DNA of 64,000 nt from Chrysomallon squamiferum (Eukaryota > Animalia > Mollusca). The stretch lies in the NCBI GenBank assembly GCA_012295275.1, contig CM022670.1:23374001-23438000 (forward strand), written 5' to 3'. Shown here one piece after another: positions 53,774 to 64,000 of this stretch. The notes under the pieces were generated by a model. That model worked only from the letters and a program-made list of their open reading frames with translations, was not told the DNA's origin and did no database searches. Position 1 is the stretch's first letter; every line of letters begins with the position of its first letter. The translations under genes and the position numbers were made by a program.

Positions 53774-56313
53774 GTAAATTATTTTCTAACTCATGAGTCA
53801 GAGGGACAGAGGGATCTTTTTAAATTCTAAATCTTTCTGAAACCATGTAACCAGTTGTTTGCCTACTAGATTAGTTTGCAGAAGCCCCAAAGGCAGCTAA
53901 ATATATTAGTTTGTTTGCACCTTGATCACTAACAATGAAAAGTTATAAAATTTGAGCATAATCTTTAAAAATGAGCAAATCTGAAGTAGATGTCAGCTAT
54001 TTTTTTTTTTTTAAATTAGTAAAAAAAAAAAAAAAATGAATTTATAATTATTTTTCCCTAATTAGAATAAAGGTAATAATTAATTATAAACATACCGGAA
54101 AGTTTTAGCATTTTTGAATGTGTTTCAAATCTGTGTTATATAGGACTGTATAATTTCATGTTAGATACTGTTCAGCTAATAAGCTTTTTTATGTAGATAT
54201 GTTAATGTTGTAGTGTACATACAGCTATTCCAGAATTTAGACTCTGTCCTCCCCTGTGGCAAGTAGTGGGAACAGAAAAGTTTAAAATCAAAATGTCGAT
54301 TTGCACATTTTTATGAATTTCAAACCACAGTGTATATCAAGAATGTTATCATAATTTAATGAAAACAGTGCTCAGGATGGTATAAAAAAAAAAAAAAAAA
54401 AAAAAAAAAGATTATTGTGAACATATCATTTTTATCATAATTAGATGAAGCTCAGTGTTTATACATATATTCTTAACATTCTTCTCAAAACCCATATAAA
54501 TATATTTAGTTGTATCTTGTAGGGAAAACAAATAGCCTAGAATATTTTTTTTACAAATAAAATGATTTTGACATTGTTGACCAGTCATCAATATTCTGAT
54601 ATTAACAAACTTTGACAATAAAATTAAAAACAAGAAGATGAACAGAGGCAGCCATTTTCCTTTGTTTTGTGATATTAGTTTATGCATAGAACATGGGAAA
54701 AATGTCTGAAGCATCTTCATCACTTTGTTATCTTGTTATTGTACTTCATTATTAATAAAGACTGACTATCAGTTACAAATAAAATAATCTCTATAATGTA
54801 CTTTAAAAATGATATTTTGTTTGAATGTACCAGACCAAGTACACTAAAGAATGCTGATTATAAAGCAAATGAAATAATATGAAGCAGATGCCAAGTAACA
54901 AATTAAATATTGCATAAACAATGTAAATATATGGGAAAAGATTTCATGTTTGTCTTCTTTGCACAATTCATATTTATATAACTAAAAAAAAATGTTTGTT
55001 GCCAATGTAAATAATATGACATTATTTAATATACAGCACTTGCAAGTCACAAAAGAAATTGAAGGTTTTTTTTTCTTGTTCAACATTTTTACATTTCTTT
55101 TATACTGATATCTGTTTTGTTTCAATTCGTTTTTTTCTTAAATCAATGTTTAACATTATGTCTTTGTTTTATCATCACAGAACTGTAAAAATCAAGTTAA
55201 TCAGATATTCTTGCATTAGTGATGTTTTTTTGTTTTTAAAAAATGTTCTTTTTTTTTTTTTTCTCAGAGTGCATTCTCCTTATTTCATTTCCACCACAAG
55301 ACAATGTCACCAGTTACAGTATGCTGATATATTTTTTTTCAGCCTGAGAAATAACAAAAATACATTTATAATATATAACCTAAAAATTATAAATAGTTTT
55401 AAAATTTTACTGTATATTCGTTTCCTCATTTCATGTCTGATGTTGCCTTATGTTTCATTGTGAACAGAGTGATATAAAAAGTGATTATCAGATAGATTTT
55501 ACTGCATAATATCAAACAGATGTAGTAGAAGTGAATTTTATATATATACAGCAAAAACTAAATGGGATATCACTGTGAAATAAACAAGTTATCTTTACTA
55601 AAACTACACAGTTTGATGAGATGTTAAGAATTTTTATTCATTTAATTTGAATGACTGATTTTATACTCTTAATTGTTTTAGATCAGTTTTTAAATTTTTT
55701 TTATATCATTGTAAATAAAATTCCTAATTTGTGAAGTAGCATTTCTAATAGTGATATTCAGTAGCTACTGGATAATAATATCAGTACTTATATTATATTC
55801 ATGTATTTAACAGTAAACATCAGCAAATGATTACTTTAATGATCATGTCATGTATGTAAGTGTATTATAAACATGTACATATAAATATTTTGATAAAGAT
55901 TCTTTTATATAGCATATTGTTGGTGTTTTATTTTATTTTAGACATAAGCTATTATTTTACTGTAATTATTATTACTACTACTACTACTACTACTACAACC
56001 ACCACCAGCAGCAGTTGTAACAGTTTTTCAATTCATTTTAATATAATATATTTAATTATTATTTATTTGTTTATTATTAACAATTTATTTTACATGTACC
56101 TTCTGACAGAAAAGCATTTGATTAACCTATCATGAAGCACTGTGTGGAATTGGAAACTGCTCAGTGATCTGATCATGTGATTCATTAACTTGGGGTCTAA
56201 CCTCTGATGTATAGCTGTATATGTAAACTACATTTCTGAAAAACTGTTAGGTCACAAAATTTAAAAGATTTTACTAGTAAAAAAGGTGTAAAAGCTGACT
56301 ATCAAATTAATTA

Positions 56314-56348
<35 letters not shown>

Positions 56349-58213
56349 TGTAATAAAGATCTGTTGAGATAATTATGTCAATTGTGTGTTATACCAAAGA
56401 AGTCTATGTTAACATCCCAAAATAACAGATTTGGTCAATTCTCTTGCTTGTTTTTACAGTTATTTCTTAATACCAAAAAAACGGCCATTACTATTTCTTG
56501 GCATAAATCGTGTCCACTACATGATTTAGATAGTTTCTAATTTTTAAAGAGTTAAATCGATCAAAAATTCACTTTGATACATACATTCTAAACATGTGGG
56601 ACTGAATATTAAGATCAAGAATGAAACTGTCGGAATCGCAAAAGCAACTGGATTTTTTAATCCTGTATATATCTAATTTCTTTGAAGAAGTAAGCATCAA
56701 AAACAACCAAAGGATTAGAAGACGAATATCCGAATCTGTCATTCAAGATGTTTGTTAATTTTTATTTTTATTTATTTAAATGTGTGTTTGTACCACACAC
56801 GTACAGTAGCAAATAACATGTCTGATACCTGAAACTGCATACAAGTTATATGGAAAAAAAAACCATCATAAAAGTAGTTTGAATACATTATGTGAAAATA
56901 ATTAGATCATTACAGACTGGAATAATAACCCTGAATCAGCATCTAAAACCATCCTTAAGTTTAGAAAATTATATATACATTTTAATTAATTATTTATTTA
57001 TTAATGTATTTACCTACCTGCTTGCTTATTTATTTATTTATTTATTGTCAGTGATAATTACAAACTCTTTAGTGAAAACCGCAATATCTTCTTTTTTTAT
57101 TAATTTATTATTGTTTGTTTTTGGGGGGGGGTTGTTGTTGTTTTTTTTATTTATTTTTTTTATTCTTTTAAATAAGTCGAGTTATCAGTCTTCATAAGGA
57201 AAATAATTTTTATTTTATTATTGGAGAGAGATTTATTTATTACTTTTCATTTTCATTTGCGGATATAACATGACCAAGATTAAATTTTATTCATTTATTC
57301 TGTATTTGAGACATACGTGAATTAAATAAACTGTTTTCTTTCCATACTATTGTTTTTAAATGACTATATATATATATATATATATGTGGGGTGGGGGGAT
57401 AACATACCATCCTGTTTCTGGTCTGTCTGAATTTAGGACGTTCACCAGAAATAACGATTTAATATTAATTATCCCGGAAAACGACTTTTTTTTTTTTTTT
57501 TTTTTTTTTTAAATTCATTCTTACCTGCATATTTTAAACTGTTCTGGGGCCTACTGATAATTAAGTTGAAGAATTCAAACTTTAAAAATATATAAATAAT
57601 AGCGATGTGTCACTACTTCAAAGAATGACACTGAAAGGTATTAATTTATAATTAAGATGGCTATTGTTGTTACAGTGGTTGTTTTTGCGATGTCGTTTGT
57701 AGAACATACGGAAAACCTACATTTACTCATAATGCATCTGATTTAATGGTTCATTGGCGACAGGTGCGGTGTCGTGCAATGCCGATACTCACCTGTATCT
57801 AAAGCAACAAAAGATTTCATTGGTTAATTCGTCTGTGGGTTACGATGCAATATTATATACCAGTTAGCAACCTGGACATTTGACAGCGCGTGCTAATTAA
57901 GCTGCATGTAAATGAAAACGCTGTCAGTGAGCCTGTTCTTGTTATGTTTGCAGTTAATCAGGCACAGAAGGAAATAATCAGACTGATGACGGTAGGACAT
58001 GTTGAAGATTTTAACCAATCGGAGGGTTTCACACAGGATCGCAACTGTCACAAGTCAACTCATTAAGCCACAGGTGTGCTAAAGCCAGAAATAAAACATA
58101 ACACGTCTTCTTTTTCTCGGATCAATAGTGTTGATTAATATCAATTACTGTCTGACTGTTTGGGTTTGGGTCTGAAGAGCTGCAGCTTACTGTTAGGATA
58201 TTTATATATGTGG

Positions 58214-58256
58214 TATATATAAAGTGGGAGGACCCCGCCCAGAAGTTTGTCAGTTC
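58214..58256 (+). promoter_or_regulatory. Putative GIPC core promoter (TATA, GC box, Inr)
   Basis: TATATATAAAG at 58214-58224, CCCCGCCC at 58233-58240 and TCAGTT at 58250-58255. A CCAAT box lies near 58015, within a CpG-containing region. Confidence 0.55.
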
Positions 58257-58414
58257 ATACGCAACTTCCGACTACCCGATTTGGACGGCCATATTCATGG
58301 CTGGTAAAGACTGAAGGGCGTTTTGTGATTAGCTCATTTTACCTGTTGACTGTTACCTGTTCTGAACATAAAGGACAAATTGTTTTGTTTTACGGTCCAT
58401 TATTAATTTCGAAG

Positions 58415-58702
58415 ATGCCGATTTTTGGTAAAAAGAACAGAAGTAAAGAAAATTTAGCAGAAAATCTGCCGAAGGCGACCAACAATGACCACACGGCACG
58501 CCCTAACGAAGCCCCGGAGACGAACGGAGGGGGTAAGGTATCGAAAGGTGGTCAAGAAACTCCACCCCAACCACCGAGACCTAAACTGGTATTCCACTGT
58601 CAGCAGGCACACGGAAGTCCCACCGGTATTATTTCAGGTTTCACCAATGTTAAAGAACTGTACCAGAAGATCGCCGATTGTTACGATTTGCCAGTGACAG
58701 AG
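58415..58702 (+). CDS. GIPC: GIPC coding exon 1
   Basis: 96 codons from ATG 58415, donor GAG|GTAAGC. Confidence 0.93.
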
Positions 58703-61408
58703 GTAAGCTATTTCACCTGAGGCAGTGTTAAAGAAATAAGGTGTTCTGGTGATTAAGAAGACACCGGCGAGAAAGAGTGTCACGTCAGATGTTAACGTTG
58801 TCATTTCAAATAACAGTCTACAAAGCAAACTAACAGATACTGTTGGATATTGTTTTTTATTATATGTAATATATAAGATATCGCACGTTATGTATAAAAT
58901 CCACACATTGCTTAAGAGTATGTCATAAACGTGACTCAGAATTAAAATATTTGAAATTTCTTTACATTTCCAACAAGAGAAGCATTAACCTTTTGATACA
59001 GCTTCAATACAGTGAATATTAATATACCATCAAAATTGTTTTAAATACAACAATACAAAGAATTTTGGACTACAAAAACTTTATATATTTTTAAGAAAAT
59101 TTTAGCTATATCTACAAAAAATATAAAGTTTTTCTGAAACAATGACCAAAATGACAAAGAATGGCGTCTTATAAAAATGAATATGTATAGAAAATGTCGG
59201 GTTATAATCAAGAAAGTATTGCCAGAAATATCCAATAACAACTGAGCTGATCATAACTGCTTAATGGTTCGTCCTCCTGTTTGTTTAGCCAACTTGATAC
59301 AATATCCAACAGTGACTGAGTACTGTGATCAATAGAAAATTTAAGTGTCATCAGTGTAGATATGTGTTTCTCTGTTGTTAATTATTTTTCTCATAAACCT
59401 ATTGAAACTGAAATACCAAGATGCGCCTATAATCAAAATATGTAAAGTCTCTTTTTTTGATTCAGGAATTTATTATTATTATTATTATTTTTTAAAATTA
59501 TTTGGGTATTATATTAAAAGACGACAGTTAAAAAGCTAAATTTATTTTATTTCTTACTTAATCATTTTGTATTCAAAAGTTTATGTAGAGAGCAGTGTCT
59601 TGATACACACACACAATGGATTGTGTTAGTCTGTGTTTGCTAGTGGCATTTTAACCAATCTGTTATACCTGGCAATGACAGCTTAGATAACTTGGCCTAG
59701 TCACCGTGACAAGTTGAAGCTGATCTATAATTGCCCTGTTATTTTATTACTGTTCTGACTTTTAAGATATAAATGTTCACTGGACTGAATTAGACTGTGA
59801 CTCTGTGTTCCATATGGATTTTTTTATTTTATTTTATTTTTTTTACATGATAAAGTAAAATCAATTTTAATTTCTAAAACTGTAAGATATTTCTAGAAAT
59901 GAAAAAAATATGCTCGTGAAGACACCTGAAACAGAATACTGTATACCTAACTATAACACTATAATGTGGAAATAGGTTTTAATTGTTTATCAAAACATTA
60001 AACTATGTACACTCTAAAAGAGATAATAAATAAAATATATAAGCATGTATAAAGACATACCTTTTTTATGAAACAGTGATATATAAATATATATATACAT
60101 TATCATGGTATATTATGAGATAAAATATTTATTAAAAAATTTAAAATTAATTGTTTAAACTGATATTCAGTAACAGATTAAAATAAAACTGAATAAAATG
60201 AAATATAGCCTAATATTTATGTTTTAAAAAATGTTTTGTACATTGCATATGATTGGATGTATGTGTAAAATATAAATGTTTGTGTACACACATACATTTA
60301 TTTCTGTACATTTATAATAATGTATCTGTAATAGTTTTTCAATTTATTAGTTTCCGACCTGAATAAAGTAGACATCTGCAAGATGTTGTTTACTAAAAGG
60401 ATTAATAATACAACTAACAAAGCTTTAATTACTTCAGTTTTCACCCTTTTTAATATCAGTTTCCAGTAATACTCATCCTTGGGCCTTTTTACCTGTTAGT
60501 AGAAATGGATTTTGAAAAATACTAAATCTTGTCTTATTAAGTATAAATTACATTAGAATTACATCACTTGTAATACCTGATCAATTTCCAGTTAATTAGT
60601 GAACATGCTGTATTTTTCTTGAATTTTTAATTGATCATGGAATCAATTTTTTTTTAATTATCATCAAGACCTGACATAAGATTTCTTCTTATTATCACAC
60701 AAGAAAATATCACTGAAATCTATTACAACTGTTGGTTAGAAAGGACAGCTATTATGTTTTGCAGATCTGTTTTTCTTTTCTCCTTAATGCACCAGGAAAT
60801 GCCCATTGAAAGGTATACCAAAACCATAGTTGGTTGCATCTATGGAAAGGTGAATTTATATCATCTATTGCTGCTAATCAGAAAGATTAAGCCAATAATA
60901 TGTCAGGAGTGGGTTTCTTCTCTCTTTATATCAAAATCAGTCAGTCAGGAAACAATAGATTAAAACATATGAACTCTATTATTTAAAAAAATATATAAAT
61001 CTTTTTTCAAAGTGTTGTTATGCATTTCAATTTGACAGATCCTGTTTTGTACACTGAACACTCACAAGATTGACATGTCTCGACTACTAGGAGGACAGAT
61101 TGGTCTGGAGGATTTTATTTTTGCACACATTAAAGGTCAGCCCAAGGAAGTGGATGTCACCAAATCAGAAGATGCTCTTGGTCTGACAATCACAGATAAT
61201 GGGGCAGGCTATGCTTTTATTAAAAGAATAAAAGAGGGAAGTATAATGGACAAGGTTCCTCTTGTGACTGTAGGTGACCATATAGAAAAAATAGACAATA
61301 AAAGTGTGGTTGGGTGTCGCCATTTTGAAGTAGCCAAGATGCTTAAAGACATTCCAAAGGGAACAACATTTACACTCAGAGTTGTAGAGCCAATGAAGTC
61401 AGGATTTT
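58415..61408 (+). CDS. GIPC: PDZ domain-containing protein GIPC (GIPC1/kermit-like), 5' part only; the gene continues beyond the window
   Basis: Exon 58415-58702 reads [44 protein letters not shown]. Exon 61039-61408 reads [71 protein letters not shown]. These are the GH1 and PDZ signatures, joined by a phase-0 GT-AG intron. Confidence 0.97.
61039..61408 (+). CDS. GIPC: GIPC coding exon 2 (PDZ domain)
   Basis: Acceptor ttgacag|ATCCTG, donor |gtaagt, PDZ motif [10 protein letters not shown]. Confidence 0.95.
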
Positions 61409-64000
61409 GTAAGTATAATTTACATTCATTAACTATGTTTAAACCCTAATATTTGTAGTGAAAAGAATCATTTAAGGAGATTTGTTTTATAGAATATTTA
61501 ATATTATAAACTCTGGTATTTGTGGTTGGTTTTTGTTTTTAATTTTTGGGTGAATCATCAGTATTGTGATAACATTATTTTTAAATAAGAATTAATAATA
61601 GTTCTCATAGTAGTTCCTCAGACTGTACTGTTTCTGACCACTTCATGTCCTTGGATTGATTTATATTTTTGTTGGAGAATTCAACTTTTTATTCTTTTAT
61701 TTTTTGGATCAAGGATAGTGTTTTAAGTAATTTATTATCATTAAAATGTTACATTTTGAAGAAAAAATAGAGAAAAATGTATTTGGTCAATCTATCATAC
61801 CTGAATACAGTTTAACAAAGCATGTGTTCTCTTTCCTGGTGTTGAATATCAAAAAATAGTGATTCAAATTAGCCCATCTCAAAAGCAAAATACTTTGTTT
61901 TTATCATCAAAGTTATTGTAAAAGATCAAACATATGACAGAAGTCATTTTCAGATTAATAATACTGAAGATTGTTACTGAAATCAGTCACCATAAACAGT
62001 ATTTTTGAAAAACATTTTTTGAAAATTTAATGGTAATTTTCTTGGATACAAGAAAAGCATAACTGATATCAGTTTGTGTTCATGTAATTTTTAAATTTTA
62101 TTATTTTGTTTCTGTTTATATTGTTTTGATTTCATCTTTATGCCTTGCCCCATTGTTTTTTGTTATTTATTTCTTTATTTTTTTTTTTTTTTTTTTTTTG
62201 ATGTATTTTATTTTGGGTTGGGTTTATGTATAAAATCAGTTCATTCAGTTGAATTATTTTTAAAAATTTGTTTTTGATTTGTTTCAGCGGTTTTTGGTAA
62301 TTATGCCGCAGTAATTGTGCCTACAGTTTTTAACTTCTTTCATGCATGTATATTTGTTGTTGCTTTGAAACAATGGATATATTTTTTATCTCTAGTTATC
62401 TGGAAGTTGTCATCTTTTCATTTGTTTTATTTATTTATTCTTGGTTTACATTTGAAACAATTTTTCTGCCAGAATGAACTGATTTATTTATTTATTGTTG
62501 TTTACTATAGTTATTTATATATGAAAAATATATTTGTGTATTTCTGATTTCACAGATGAAAATATCACTAACTATTATTATTATTATTATTATTATTATC
62601 TTAAATGTTACGGGTTTGGAAAAGATACTGGATTTTATGCATTTCATTATTACATTGCAAACTTAACCATTGTTTAATTAAGTGGCTTTCAGAAACTTGA
62701 CTGTATTTGAAAATTTTATATAGGATGCAAGAGTCCAGTTTTGTTAGAAAGCAAATCAACACTCTTCGATCTGTCAATCACAAATTACACTTTTTGTAAG
62801 ATTTCTTCTATCATAAAACAAAACAGAACAAAACCTTTTTCTCATATTACAGAAGTTTTTGTTTGAAAACAAGGAAGACGTTAAAAATAAACTTACTTCC
62901 TGGTTATCTAATGCCAGGTACCTCATTTGAAAGGAATACTTTTTTATCAGTTGAATCTTTTGATACTTTTATCATTGTCTAGTTATTTATCTGTCAGTGT
63001 GCCAAGTAACTATTTAATATCTCTTCTTTTACTTCATTTTATTGTCAAACTTTATGATTAGCAAAAATTTATATCTTCAAAACCCTGTCTTGGAAGTACA
63101 TGGAATGTATACAGGTTCTGTTTATTCAGAAAGGCTCTTAACTGATCAAATTCTAAAAGATGTTTTGACATCCACAAATTATCTTATTTTATATTTTCAG
63201 TTAATTATGTAACAGAAATGTATTTTTATAAAAACAAATAAAATAATTTCTGGTGAATGCTAATGACTGGTTTGCCACTAAAATATTAATTAAAAAATAT
63301 TGGGTTTGTAGCTTGCATAGTGTTTTAGTTGTAGGAGAAAAAAAATGCTTGACTGATGTAAGTGTACAGTTCATTTGTTTCAATTTGTACTTAGTATTCT
63401 TTGTTCTTTACATTTCATTTTAGTTAATATTGCATGACATGGAAGAAACAAAACAAAAACAAAAAGAAAACAGTTCTAATCATTTTGCATATATGTAAAA
63501 AAAGGCTTATGAAAATGAAACTTAAACAATAAGATTGATTTTTGTTACAAGTACAAAGGACTCTCTCTTAAACATACTACTTGAAACCAGTTAGCCAGAA
63601 TGCAGGTGAAAATTAAATGTCTTCAAAATTGAAGATTTTTTTCTTAATAATACATCCAGTTTTGTTGGAATTTCAATTGGATTCAGAACTTAGAAATCAT
63701 TACAGTTTATTCTAAAATATTCTAGTAGAAAAATAGATATCAATTTACATTTAGAAACATCATAAAGTAAATGTTAATAACTTGAATACACGGATATTCA
63801 GCTTTTGTTTAAATTTGTGCTGTCATGCATAGCCAATAACACGAAGACATCTAATTATAGTTTCAAAATGAAACATTCAGGTATGTTGTGTTCAGAGTAA
63901 TTTTACTTTAAAATATACTGAGGTTTACTGCACGTAGTAATTCATAATCAAAAAAAATATTTTCTTTAAAATATGTGTGTATATATGTTCACACACATGC

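Noticed and set aside
58247-58414. N-terminal extension of GIPC in the ORF track
   Set aside because: It starts at TTG overlapping the putative Inr. The conserved GIPC start is MPIFGKK at 58415.
61409-64000. Third GIPC exon
   Set aside because: Candidate acceptors near 62287 and 63200 do not lead to GIPC-like sequence, so the region is treated as intron.

Overview
AT-rich animal genomic DNA, probably lophotrochozoan or mollusc (inferred from intron structure, microsatellites and repeat families). It has four parts. (1) 1-5358: a near full-length L1/Tx1-clade non-LTR retrotransposon with a zinc-knuckle ORF1, an APE-RT-CCHC ORF2 and a poly-A tail. It is broken by many 1-bp frameshifts, several in homopolymer runs. 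(2) About 5.4-44 kb: no recognisable host gene. It holds an internally deleted FLYWCH/MULE transposase relic (8681-9575), many microsatellites and scattered CpG-containing islands that look regulatory. (3) 44065-52790 (+): a complete 14-exon gene that I assembled by hand with all splice phases consistent. It encodes a 657-aa cysteine-rich protein with a signal peptide, an A-B-A-B internal repeat and a GPI-anchor-like C terminus. Its function is unknown and it resembles the invertebrate DUF7042-7044 family. (4) 58415 onward (+): the first two coding exons of GIPC (PDZ adaptor), cut off by the window end. There are no prokaryotic features, CRISPR arrays, rRNA or credible tRNA. Most short ORFs in the track are translations of simple repeats.
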